Positions 9,766-23,144 are shown, numbered from the stretch's first letter. The stretch is DNA of 40,169 nucleotides from Paraphysomonas bandaiensis (GCA_965644295.1 CBFFRP010000266.1:1-40169); one strand, 5' to 3'. Notes: generated by a model from the sequence alone, not told the origin. Made by a program: numbers and translations.

Positions 9766-12433
9766 GGGAAATATTATTCAACCTAGTCAAATTGGTTGAA
9801 TTACCTAGTCACGCTATTTTTGGTGGAATAACCTAGTCAAAGTAATAAATGACTCAACCTAGTCAACTTTGGTATTCAACCTAGTCGTTCTTATATCCAT
9901 TGATTACACACTGTGACTGTCTAAGATACCATCTCGCACCACACAATATATTCGTGGCTTACAGAGCATCAAAACAAACACTCAAACATAACAATAAGCT
10001 CATATATACATATCTACATAACACAGATGTACGTGTATGTCTATCTAGCCTATCTGTAGCATGTATGCATATAGCGATGGGTCCCTGTGAGTGTTATGGG
10101 GAGGAGGGTCCATGAAGCTGTGGGTATAACTCACTCTATGATCCGCAGGACATCTTGAGATCTTCATATGCTGGGAGTGATGGCGCTCACCTTCCTTCAC
10201 TTCAGCACTGAATGACTTGCTGCATTGGCTTTCAGGTGTGCATAAATCTCCCTATTTTTAGTCCAACGGAAAAAAAAGGAGGTTTTCAGAGAACAAACTT
10301 CTAAAAGCAGCATCATTGAAGTGGACTGTAGAGCAGCATCAGAACATCAGCATCATGAGTGTGTCATCAGTCTTACAGCATCATGAGTGTGTCATCAGTC
10401 TTACAGTATCATGAGTGTGTCATCAGAACATCAGCATCATGAGTGTGTCATCAGCCTTACAGCATCATGAGTGTGTCATCAGCCTTACAGTATCATGAGT
10501 GTGTCATCAGTCTTACAGCATCATGTGTGTGTCATCAGTCTTACAGCATCATGTGTGTGTCATCAGAACATCAGCATCATGAGTGTGTCATCAGTCTTAC
10601 AGCATCATGAGTGTGTCATCAGTCTTACAGCATCATGAGTGTGTCATCAGAACATCAGCATCATGAGTGTGTCATCAGTCTTACAGCATCATGAGTGTGT
10701 CATCAGAACATCAGTATCATGAGTGTGTCATCAGTCTTACAGCATCATGAGTGTGTCATCAGTCTTACAGCATCATGAGTGTGCCATCAGAACATCAGCA
10801 TCATGAGTGTGTCATCAGTCTTACAGCATCATGAGTGTGTCATCAGTCTTACAGCATCATGAGTGTGTCATCAGTCTTACAGCATCATGAGTGTGTCATC
10901 AGTCTTACAGCATCATGAGTGTGTCATCAGTCTTACAGCATCATGAGTGTGTCATCAGTCTTACAGCATCATGAGTGTGTCATCAGTCTTACAGCATCAT
11001 GAGTGTGTCATCAGTCTTACAGTATCATGAGTGTGTCATCAGTCTTACAGTATCATGAGTGTGGCATCAGTCTTACAGCATCATGAGTGTGTCATCAGTC
11101 TTACAGTATCATGAGTGTGTCATCAGTCTTACAGCATCATGAGTGTGTCATCAGTCTTACAGCATCATGAGTGTGTCATCAGTCTTACAGTATCATGAGT
11201 GTGTCATCAGTCTTACAGTATCATGAGTGTGTCATCAGTCTTACAGCATCATGAGTGTGTCATCAGTCTTACAGCATCATGAGTGTGTCATCAGTCTTAC
11301 AGCATCATGAGTGTGTCATCAGTCTTACAGCATCATGAGTGTGTCATCAGTCTTACAGTATCATGAGTGTGTCATCAGTCTTACAGCATCATGAGTGTGT
11401 CATCAGTCTTACAGCATCATGAGTGTGTCATCAGTCTTACAGTATCATGAGTGTGTCATCAGTCTTACAGCATCATGAGTGTGTCATCAGTCTTACAGTA
11501 TCATGAGTGTGTCATCAGTCTTACAGCATCTTGCTTTCAGACTGGCTTATGGGTATGTCGTATTTTGGATTCAGGTCCTCTGAACTCTAAGTATATGACT
11601 AGGTTTTATATTGTACTGATGCGTTTTAGTAGAGTACGGATCACTGTATTATAGGTACCACAGCCTATATATGCTGTAAGGGAGGAAGCTTACAAAATCA
11701 AGAGCGAAACCTATATTATTATCGTTCTTGTCTACAACTGCCCGCGCTGTGGGTACTAGCAGCTATTGATCCTACCTCTAGTGAGGTATGTGCAATAGAT
11801 ATGTACTCGGCATTTATATATTACAATATATTTTGCGTTCTTGTGACTGTTAATCATTGTATGACACAATACGTTTTACAATCTTGTGAGTGCTAATCAT
11901 TGTATGACAGACATCACAGTATAATATTATGTATGTTGTACGGGAGATCCCTTAATAATCAAGTGCAAACCCAATATCGCTTGTGAGGTATGTAAAATAC
12001 ATTTATAACTCTCTACATATCTTAATTATGTGCTCAGGGAACATTGATGTGAAGCACATGTTGATCTCCATCAAGACTCACAATGCAGCGAGGTCCCTCA
12101 TCAACGGTGAACCCACCGATGTCATGGCCCTTGGGAAGCTATGGAATTGCACCGGACATGGTCACCAATTTCTCATTGGAATGCAACGTTATAATGTTAT
12201 GTATTGCATGTATACAATATCTACATTTATCAATTGATGGATAGAGTATGCTCCCATGTTTGAATGAAAATTTTTATTTTTGACTAGGTGAATACCATAA
12301 AACCTAGTCATTGTAAACTGAAAATATGAATTATTAAATGACTAGGTTTTTCAACCGCTTGACTAGGTTTTTACACCAATTTTGGTGTGACTAGGAAATT
12401 ACACCAATTTGACTAGGTTCAATAATAGATCCC
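9766..12433. mobile_element. Non-autonomous Mutator/foldback-like DNA transposon (2668 bp)
   Basis: Absent from the paralogous site (18601-18625); 9-bp TSD TAATTCTGG (9757-9765, 12434-12442); GGG...CCC ends; long imperfect TIRs built from about five CCTAGTC motifs per end; no transposase ORF. Confidence 0.85.
10351..11526. repeat. 28-bp minisatellite, 42 units
   Basis: Consensus CATCATGAGTGTGTCATCAGTCTTACAG; variants with AACATCAG tail or TATCAT start; no spacers. Confidence 0.95.
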
Positions 12434-15400
12434 TAATTCTGGTTGCAGCCGAATCTGTCGCTTTGGATTTCATTTGTCATACACTCGTGTACTTCTTTCG
12501 CAACAGCGATGTCTTCCTCAGTGGAAACGTTCATATAACTCAGAAATTCATCAAGTGAAAGTTTGCAGTGTCCTGCTTTCTCCATACTTGCGAAATACTG
12601 ATCCAAGTACGCCGCAGGGTCGCTGTGCCATAAGAGCTCTTTCTCAACGAGTTCAGAAACGCCTGCGCATCCGAGGTCACCTTGAACATTTGCCAGTTGT
12701 GCTGCAAGCAGATCTCTCGCAATATTTGGATCACGCCAGTATGTATCAAGTGTAAAGGATATCCACAGCGGTAATGATGTGGCAACGTCCATCTTATGAG
12801 CAGGGTACTTGCTACAGAGTTGATTATGAAATCTCTCGTACTGACTCTCAGTGGGCTCAGAACCAACAATCGAATCGAAAATCTGCCTCGCGACAACATG
12901 TAAATCTGCACAGAATTTAGACTCCTGTCTGTCTTCTTGTACCCCGAATATCTCCACCAGACAATCGTATGGGGAACGAGGCTTTAAGAAATAAGGACTT
13001 TTCGGTGTTAGGAGAGTGTTATTAGCCATTCCAGTGTATACTCCACTCGGGGAAACCGTACGCTGAACGGTAAATCCCCTGTTAGTCTTTACCCAGGAGT
13101 TTATTTCATCTAGATGCTTTTCATCTCTAATACGCAGCGGGCATGCTGCAAGCATATTGGGATGGGACAAATATGCTCTTCTAAACTTTTTCTTCAAAAT
13201 ATTCACACGGGCACTCTCCTCCGTTTCCCATGTCACTTCCTGTTTTCGCGAAATAGTGTCATTTGTTGATGTATACAAAGCCTCAGCACTCATGTCTCGT
13301 AGACCTGGTTCAGCGCGGAAGCGACTATTTACACGTAATTTGGTCGCAATAATTATTTGACTCAGAAACCATCGAATTCCATTTTCGTTCTTCTCAATAT
13401 CAAGCAGTTCATAGAGAGTGTCTAGGGAAGGATCGTCTCCAACCACAGCACCGTCCGACATTTGATACATCATATGAATTGACGCATTTGCCATGCATAC
13501 CAACTCTTGTTTGATAGCCTGCAGTACGCGGAGGACGATTATTCTTCTGATAGAATCTGCTGCCGATGCGTACGCCTCACTTCCAGACAGAACAGTACCT
13601 GGCTTTCCTCTGGGTGGGAGAGTGCGGCGAAGAGACAGGAGCCATCTAACTAGTCCACTAAGAGTATCTGGTATATCACCAACAAATGTTTTCTTGTCGG
13701 ACGTGTCCGAGGAATCGTCATCATTGCCGTTGCTACCTGACAAGGCATCTAAGGGTGCCTCTTGAACAGCATTTCTGATCTCCACTCCTTTGTTGATACA
13801 AGCCCTGGGGACTTTCCCCTCTTCAAGTACAACTGAGCCAATATCAACACTGTCAACGACGGAGGGCTCATTTTGCATCGCAACAGCACCAATTTGCTGC
13901 AGATGTGTTTCCAGATTAGCACATGTGATTAAACTATCCGGTACACTGGTGCCATTAGGCATGTGCAACCCCTGTACAAGAATCTCTACAAATACCTCGG
14001 CATCGATCTCTTTCTGACGGCGCTTCATATCGGCTTCTTTGTCATCAGGCGAACAGTAAGCTGTAAACAGTCCACTGATACGGTCCCTTAGGAGTCGCAT
14101 TAAAAGTGCTCTCCAGTATGTAGAAGATGCAAAGCACTCGATATCGCATTGTTTTGAGGAAGAAAGAAGTGTAGGTACCTGATGAGTCCGAAACAGTACC
14201 ATTTGGTCAGCAAGAGCCACCAACGGTGTCGATACTTCACCGCTGGTACTCTCTCCTTGAGTAAACCCAGCAGCTCTATCAGCTACTTCAGAGAGGTAGG
14301 CACTACCGGCGTGCGTTTGGCAAAAACCATCGACAGCCCGAGACAAAGTTGAGAGATGGTGTTCAGAGATTCCTCCACGCACTAGGCTCATCAATGTTGA
14401 CAACACCCCATTTTGATACTCCCTGGTTCCCTGAAGGAGTAGATTAGTTAAAATATCACACGAATATAAACATGATTAGAACCGTCAGCTCAGGGTAAAT
14501 TGTGGCAGGTGTCAATAGTACATAAAGGTGCGAAACAACTATACTTATCTTACCACAGTGTATATCCATCTCGAAGTGAGAAGTTGTGACGCAGCAATAG
14601 ACGAGTAGCAGTTTGCAAGCTTTCTCGACATCGACGCATTCTCACTACTTCCAGCGGTCGGCAGGAAGCAAACAACAACATTGATGGGGTGACCGTCGGG
14701 CCCGCGTGCGATCTCTTTTCCCTCAAGCAATAACTGTCGTAGAGTAAGAAAAGACATTGGCTGCGCGCATATGTGAATTTTATTATCCAGAATAGCACTG
14801 TGAAGCACTTTAGCAGAGGATACAGCACAAAGTGGGAGTTTGCGGGCCCCGGATGGCACGTATCCAACCAAACACAGGATGTCCCCAGATGGTGTAAGAT
14901 CTTCGTCTCGTAAAAGTGTCAACCAACATCGCTCCCTTGAAGTTGTCGCATCCTCATCATCAGATAGATATTCAGGAACACTCTCTTCCTTACTAAATCC
15001 AGATCCGACTGAAAGAATAGTTTGCGCTTTCTCATCTGCGTTCATAATAGCATCCGGATTCGCCTGCTCTAGAGCTCTCTGAGTTACTCTGCCCTTCTTT
15101 TTACTGCTCCAGTGTTTAAAACCACCTGCTCCTAGGAGTTCCATATAATCCCGCTCTATTTCTGTGGAAAGCGAACGTCCGACTCTCAATGACTGTAGAC
15201 CAATCTCACATAGATGGAGGACAGACCGAGCACCAGCCTTATGATCAGTAGTTTTGCTACGCGCTGCTTTAACTCGACCACGAACTGTGGCGTATACTCG
15301 CGATCGCCACTTACTTCTCTCTTCTGCGGACATCATCCCGACATCAGTCTGCTGCTGTAGGACCTCGATCAATGACTTTTCATTACTGGAGGGATGCACA

Positions 15401-16516
15401 AGATCCTTCAGACGTTGCGAGAGAGCGCTGCATTTGCTACACAAAGCATCCTGAGTGTCCTGGGAGCACGTTCCAGAGTCAGCAGCTGATCGTATCTCAC
15501 GGGCAAGGGCAACAGCATCGTCTTGTATTACTCGGATAGAAATATCGAAGTACCGCTCGTCAGTTGGATCCAATACTTCGTGGGATATCGTGTAGACTGT
15601 GCCGTCAGGAAGTGTCATAGAAGTATCTTCAGGTGATACACGTACACCGCTCAGATCCAATATACCATCTTCCATATAGCACGTGGCCTCACCAGTGGAA
15701 TTCAGCTTCACACAAACCTTCGAGCGGGCACCACTAAGCTCGGGAAGTATCTTCACTCGCGCATCACGAGACATGTCCTGTAACTCACCATCCGGGTAGT
15801 TGAAATAGGAAGCTTCGCCCACCGACATGGCTGCCAGTACTTTCTGGTCGTGATGAGCCCCGATACCTAATACAAAAGTACGCGCAGGCTCCATATTAGG
15901 AAACACCTTTTGTATATTTTCGTAGCCTGAGACAAAGTTCTCGCCAGCCTTCACGCCATCATAGGCTTCACCGTCAGTGTTGAGGATATACACAACACGG
16001 AAGGCAACGTCAGAAGGGACAGACGCAATAAGTTCCGCAGTAGCATGCAATGCTGCATCTGTCAATGCCGATAGCTGTGTCCCTTCATTACAACTGAGGG
16101 AAACATCTTCAACTCGGCATGCTCCTTTCATCGTAACATGAGAGCCAAATCTACAAATAAATAATGAAAAAGAAAAATACATCTATAATCATATATATAC
16201 ATACATGCATACACACACAGCACACACATACACATATAGAAGCATACATACACAGCACTCATATACATACATACACACATATACATACATATACTTACGT
16301 GGCATAGAAGTAAGGTATACGATTATCAATACATTCAGAGATAATCACACGTGTTTTCTCTGCACATTGTTGAGCTCTAGTGCCTGCCATACTGCCACTA
16401 TTATCATCCACAATAACAACGACATTCAACAGGGATGCTTCATTACTAAGTGGGGTAATAGGAACAGATCCATTGAGATATGCCTCATATCCAGTACTTA
16501 ATGCTTTAATACTCAT
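12433..16516 (-). CDS. Large VWA-domain protein, copy 1 (~1270 aa, 3 exons)
   Basis: Exons 16516-16299, 16150-14554, 14430-12433 join in frame across GT-AG introns. MIDAS motif VIVDDNSGSMAG, then TFGS, GTQL, ILNTDGE, FVLGIGAHHD. Confidence 0.88.
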
Positions 16517-16711
16517 TGTGATTAGATTATGAGTGTGTTGTAAGAGTTATGGATACTGGTATGTATGTATATATATGTATGTATGGATAGTGATCTCCTA
16601 CACACATATCCAGATACAGCCATATATGGATATACATACACACAGCCACAACAAACATCCAAAGAAAGAGAAAGCTAAAAAAAATAAACACAAAGAATTC
16701 CGTAACTTTCG

Positions 16712-17035
16712 ATGTATGTATGTATGTATGTATGTATGTATGTATGTATGTATGTATGTATGTATGTATGTATGTATGTATGTATGTATGTATGTATGTA
16801 TGTATGTATGTATGTATGTATGTATGTATGTATGTATGTATGTATGTATGTATGTATGTATGTATGTATGTATGTATGTATGTATGTATGTATGTATGTA
16901 TGTATGTATGTATGTATGTATGTATGTATGTATGTATGTATGTATGTATGTATGTATGTATGTATGTATGTATGTATGTATGTATGTATGTATGTATGTA
17001 TGTATGTATGTATGTATGTATGTATGTATGTATGT
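16712..17035. repeat. (ATGT)81 microsatellite
   Basis: Perfect 324-bp run ~200 bp upstream of VWA copy 1. Confidence 0.95.
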
Positions 17036-17368
17036 ATTCGCAGGTTTTGGAACGGAATTTTCGTCAGTTTTTTTGTGACGATTGGGGTGCTTTGGAGGTG
17101 TGTGTGTATGTATGATCTGCAGATATGATCCTGTATGTGTAGATGGGTATGTATGTGTATGTATGTGTATGTATGTGTATGTTGATGTCCTCTCAGGAGA
17201 TTCAAAGAAGTCACTTAACGAGTAGAGGGAAGAGACTCAAACCACACACAGTTTATTGTTGATAGGAGTGTATGTGGTGAGTGCGGATATGTATAGACAA
17301 TAACGCTGCGAGTCTGTTTTATGGATGGCTGAACTGTGAGTGCTCTTGATATATAGTGAATCGATCAA

Positions 17369-17596
17369 ATGCAGTCAACCGTTTTGCCATTGCAGCTTGA
17401 TTTTGGCGTGACAAATATATGCGATGAGTCACCCAGATGCGCTGAGAGTGAAATTCAAACGATGGTAGTGGCACCGAAGTGCACTGATCTTGTTGAGAAA
17501 AGAGAACTTAAACTCAGCCCTCGGAATAGTGATGTAAAGACCAATGTAAAGACCACCTCCCCTAGAATGGGCGGTGTTTCTCGTATTCCCATATAG
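17369..17596 (+). pseudogene. Truncated, chimeric copy of the 114-aa ORF at 23476, created by the duplication junction
   Basis: Identical to the 23476 ORF up to ...SDVKT, then a 12-bp duplication and readthrough across the junction. Confidence 0.4.
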
Positions 17597-18608
17597 GCTG
17601 TCAATTGGATGAGATAGTTCAAAAATTGCAATTCCACTTATATTGTAAAGATTCAAATCATCCGGACTGAAGATATTGATATTACTACGAGACTATGGCA
17701 CTGCTTCCCAATCAATGTCATGTACATATTCATACCTTTCTATGCGATTTTCTATAAGAGAAGAATGCAATGTGAATGCATGCTTGCCGAGTACTCATAT
17801 TGGAGTATAGTAATTATCGAAGTCATGTGTAGATATAGGACTGTGATATTGCTTCTAGAGCTTTAGAAGACCAGTGTTAAGTCCTATATCATGTATATAC
17901 TCTACCGTGTATACAACTATTGGCCATAAGCTACAAGCAACTTGTGTAGACGTCTTTTGGCCCTAACGACTAAACGAGCATCTGAGAATGGGCCCACCTC
18001 AGGGTAACCGGGGTATTAGGCTGCTGCTGAAGTCATGCATCTGGGATGTTCACCTTAAGAACTCAAAAATCCTGAAGTCAGCAGAGGTATATCAGCTATC
18101 TGCTTGATGCTCACTGCATTTATTTGTTTTGAGTGATGGAGAAAAAGTGGTTACACCTTGGTGAATGCGGTGAACCCACAAGCAGCTTTATTCTCTACTA
18201 TAAACTATAAGGTTCCATGAATATCATTTATCATTGTCTTCATTATGAAACATATAACAGTACAAGCATATACAATGGAGAGATCATAGGATAAAATAAC
18301 CTCATGTAGCTGGTAATTACAGATTTACAAGTACTGGCAAATAGTTCACGAACTCACAGTCAGGATCTCACGTAGTGACAATATTTCACTTTATCTATTA
18401 TATTTCATAACAAATCTATGTAAAATGTCGTCATTAACTACTGTATTCTTCACCAACTCTTAAATCGACACTATATGTCTAGTTGCTGGTGACAATAGAA
18501 TACTATTCTTACGATCTGTATCATTAGAAGTTAAAAGTGAATAAAAGTAGAATAGTTCTCAATATATTATGGTTACCAAATTTGAGACAACAACACACCT
18601 GTTTAAGT

Positions 18609-21600
18609 CTAATTCTGGTTGCAGCCGAATCTGTCGCTTTGGATTTCATTTGTCATACACTCGTGTACTTCTTTCGCAACAGCGATGTCTTCCTCAGTGG
18701 AAACGTTCATATAACTCAGAAATTCATCAAGTGAAAGTTTGCAGTGTCCTGCTTTCTCCATACTTGCGAAATACTGATCCAAGTACGCCGCAGGGTCGCT
18801 GTGCCATAAGAGCTCTTTCTCAACGAGTTCAGAAACGCCTGCGCATCCGAGGTCACCTTGAACATTTGCCAGTTGTGCTGCAAGCAGATCTCTCGCAATA
18901 TTTGGATCACGCCAGTATGTATCAAGTGTAAAGGATATCCACAGCGGTAATGATGTGGCAACGTCCATCTTATGAGCAGGGTACTTGCTACAGAGTTGAT
19001 TATGAAATCTGTCGTACTGACTCTCAGTGGGCTCAGAACCAACAATCGAATCGAAAATCTGCCTCGCGACAACATGTAAATCTGCACAGAATTTAGACTC
19101 CTGTCTGTCTTCTTGTACCCCGAATATCTCCACCAGACAATCGTATGGGGAACGAGGCTTTAAGAAATAAGGACTTTTCGGTGTTAGGAGAGTGTTATTA
19201 GCCATTCCAGTGTATACTCCACTCGGGGAAACCGTACGCTGAACGGTAAATCCCCTGTTAGTCTTTACCCAGGAGTTTATTTCATCTAGATGCTTTTCAT
19301 CTCTAATACGCAGCGGGCATGCTGCAAGCATCTTGGGATGGGACAAATATGCTCTTCTAAACTTTTTCTTCAAAATATTCACACGGGCACTCTCCTCCGT
19401 TTCCCATGTCACTTCCTGTTTTCGCGAAATAGTGTCATTTGTTGATGTATACAAAGCCTCAGCACTCATGTCTCGTAGACCTGGTTCAGCGCGGAAGCGA
19501 CTATTAACACGTAATTTGGTCGCAATAATTATTTGACTCAGAAGCCATCGAATTCCATTTTCGTTCTTCTCAATATCAAGCAGTTCATAGAGAGTGTCTA
19601 GGGAAGGATCGTCTCCAACCACAGCACCGTCCGACATTTGATACATCATATGAATTGACGCATTTACCATGCATACCAACTCTTGTTTGATAGCCTGCAG
19701 TACGCGGAGGACGATTATTCTTCTGATAGAATCTGCTGCCGATGCGTACGCCTCACTTCCAGACAGAACAGTACCTGGCTTTCCTCTGGGTGGGAGAGTG
19801 CGGCGAAGAGACAGGAGCCATCTAACTAGTCCACTAAGAGTATCTGGTATATCACCAACAAATGTTTTCTTGTCGGACGTGTCCGAGGAATCGTCATCAT
19901 TGCCGTTGCTACCTGACAAGGCATCTAAGGGTGCCTCTTGAACAGCATTTCTGATCTCCACTCCTTTGTTGATACAAGCCCCGGGGACTTTCCCCTCTTC
20001 AAGTACAACTGAGCCAATATCAACACTGTCAACGACGGAGGGCTCATTTTGCATCGCAACAGCACCAATTTGCTGCAGATGTGTTTCCAGATTAGCACAT
20101 GTGATTAAACTATCCGGTACACTGGTGCCATTAGGCATGTGCAACCCCTGTACAAGAATCTCTACAAATACCTCGGCATCGATCTCTTTCTGACGGCGCT
20201 TCATATCGGCTTCTTTGTCATCAGGCGAACAGTAAGCTGTAAACAGTCCACTGATTCGGTCCCTTAGGAGTCGCATTAAAAGTGCTCTCCAGTATGTAGA
20301 AGATGCAAAGCACTCGATATCGCATTGTTTTGAGGAAGAAAGAAGTGTAGGTACCTGATGAGTCCGAAACAGTACCATTTGGTCAGCAAGAGCCACCAAC
20401 GGTGTCGATACTTCACCGCTGGTACTCTCTCCTTGAGTAAACCCAGCAGCTCTATCAGCTACTTCAGAGAGGTAGGCACTACCGGCGTGCGTTTGGCAAA
20501 AACCATCGACAGCCCGAGACAAAGTTGAGAGATGGTGTTCAGAGATTCCTCCACGCACTAGGCTCATCAATGTTGACAACACCCCATTCTGATACTCCCT
20601 GGTTCCCTGAAGGAGTAGATTAGTTAAAATATCACACGAATATAAACATTATTAATACTAAACGAACCGTCAGCTCAGGGTAAATTGTGGCAGATGTCAA
20701 TAGTACATAAAGGTGCGAAACAACTATACTTATCTTACCACAGTGTATATCCATCTCGAAGTGAGAAGTTGTGACGCAGCAATAGACGAGTAGCAGTTTG
20801 CAAGCTTTCTCGACATCGACGCATTCTCACTACTTCCAGCGGTCGGCAGGAAGCAAACAACAACATTGATGGGGTGACCGTCGGGCCCGCGTGCGATCTC
20901 TTTTCCCTCAAGCAATAACTGTCGTAGAGTAAGAAAAGACATTGGCTGCGCGCATATGTGAATTTTATTATCCAGAATAGCACTGTGAAGCACTTTAGCA
21001 GAGGATACAGCACAAAGTGGGAGTTTGCGGGCCCCGGATGGCACGTATCCAACCAAACACAGGATGTCCCCAGATGGTGTAAGATCTTCGTCTCGTAAAA
21101 GTGTCAACCAACATCGCTCCCTTGAAGTTGTCGCATCCTCATCATCAGATAGATATTCAGGAACACTCTCTTCCTTACTAAATCCAGATCCGACTGAAAG
21201 AATAGTTTGCGCTTTCTCATCTGCGTTCATAATAGCATCCGGATTCGCCTGCTCTAGAGCTCTCTGAGTTACTCTGCCCTTCTTTTTACTGCTCCAGTGT
21301 TTAAAACCACCTGCTCCTAGGAGTTCCATATAATCCCGCTCTATTTCTGTGGAAAGCGAACGTCCGACTCTCAATGACTGTAGACCAATCTCACATAGAT
21401 GGAGGACAGACCGAGCACCAGCCTTATGATCAGTAGTTTTGCTACGCGCTGCTTTAACTCGACCACGAACTGTGGCGTATACTCGCGATCGCCACTTACT
21501 TCTCTCTTCTGCGGACATCATCCCGACATCAGTCTGCTGCTGTAGGACCTCGATCAATGACTTTTCATTACTGGAGGGATGCACAAGATCCTTCAGACGT

Positions 21601-22701
21601 TGCGAGAGAGCGCTGCATTTGCTACACAAAGCATCCTGAGTGTCCTGGGAGCACGTTCCAGAGTCAGCAGCTGATCGTATCTCACGGGCAAGGGCAACAG
21701 CATCGTCCTGTATTACTCGGATAGAAATATCGAAGTACCGCTCGTCAGTTGGATCCAATACTTCGTGGGATATCGTGTAGACTGTGCCGTCAGGAAGTGT
21801 CATAGAGGTATCTTCAGGTGATACACGTACACCGCTCAGATCCAATATACCATCTTCCATATAGCACGTGGCCTCACCAGTGGAATTCAGCTTCACACAA
21901 ACCTTCGAGCGGGCACCACTAAGCTCGGGAAGTATCTTCACTCGCGCATCACGAGACATGTCCTGTAACTCACCATCCGGGTAGTTGAAATAGGAAGCTT
22001 CGCCCACCGACATGGCTGCCAGTACTTTCTGGTCGTGATGAGCCCCGATACCTAATACAAAAGTACGCGCAGGCTCCATATTAGGAAACATCTTTTGTAT
22101 ATTTTCGTAGCCTGAGACAAAGTTCTCGCCAGCCTTCACGCCATCATAGGCTTCACCGTCAGTGTTGAGGATATACACAACACGGAAGGCAACGTCAGAA
22201 GGGACAGACGCAATAAGTTCCGCAGTAGCATGCAATGCTGCATCTGTCAATGCCGATAGCTGTGTCCCTTCATTACAACTGAGGGAAACATCTTCAACTC
22301 GGCATGCTCCTTTCATCGTAACATGAGAGCCAAATCTACAAATAAATAATGAAAAAGAAAAATACATCTATAATCATATATATACATACATGCATACACA
22401 CACAGCACACACATACACATATAGAAGCATACATACACAGCACTCATATACATACATACACACATATACATACATATACTTACGTGGCATAGAAGTAAGG
22501 TATACGATTATCAATACATTCAGAGATAATCACACGTGTTTTCTCTGCACATTGTTGAGCTCTAGTGCCTGCCATACTGCCACTATTATCATCCACAATA
22601 ACAACGACATTCAACAGGGATGCTTCATTACTAAGTGGGGTAATAGGAACAGATCCATTGAGATATGCCTCATATCCAGTACTTAATGCTTTAATACTCA
22701 T
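18609..22701 (-). CDS. Large VWA-domain protein, copy 2 (~1270 aa, 3 exons)
   Basis: Exons 22701-22484, 22335-20739, 20606-18609; six amino-acid differences from copy 1 visible in the ORF track. Confidence 0.88.
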
Positions 22702-22896
22702 TGTGATTAGATTATGAGTGTGTTGTAAGAGTTATGGATACTGGTATGTATGTATATATATGTATGTATGGATAGTGATCTCCTACACACATATCCAGAT
22801 ACAGCCATATATGGATATACATACACACAGCCACAACAAACATCCAAAGAAAGAGAAAGCTAAAAAAAATAAACACAAAGAATTCCGTAACTTTCG

Positions 22897-23144
22897 ATGT
22901 ATGTATGTATGTATGTATGTATGTATGTATGTATGTATGTATGTATGTATGTATGTATGTATGTATGTATGTATGTATGTATGTATGTATGTATGTATGT
23001 ATGTATGTATGTATGTATGTATGTATGTATGTATGTATGTATGTATGTATGTATGTATGTATGTATGTATGTATGTATGTATGTATGTATGTATGTATGT
23101 ATGTATGTATGTATGTATGTATGTATGTATGTATGTATGTATGT
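22897..23144. repeat. (ATGT)62 microsatellite
   Basis: Perfect 248-bp run upstream of VWA copy 2. Confidence 0.95.

Larger units (their letters stand above)
8741..17562. repeat. Tandem segmental duplication, left copy (~6.1 kb plus inserted transposon)
   Basis: 8741-9765 + 12434-17562 is nearly identical to 17556-23657; CCTCCCC occurs at all three boundaries. Confidence 0.93.

Noticed and set aside
10351-11526. CRISPR array
   Set aside because: Units are head-to-tail with no unique spacers, no cas genes, eukaryotic context.
10351-11526. Tandem hammerhead ribozymes (minus strand has CTGATGA in each unit)
   Set aside because: No GAAA core segment and no room for three stems in 28 nt.
16533-17214. 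MYVC/HTYI repeat proteins (also 7494-7901 and 22718-23321)
   Set aside because: Translations of stop-free (ATGT)n microsatellites.
12433-22701. Positive selection between VWA paralogues
   Set aside because: About six replacement versus about five silent differences by eye; too few and not in excess.
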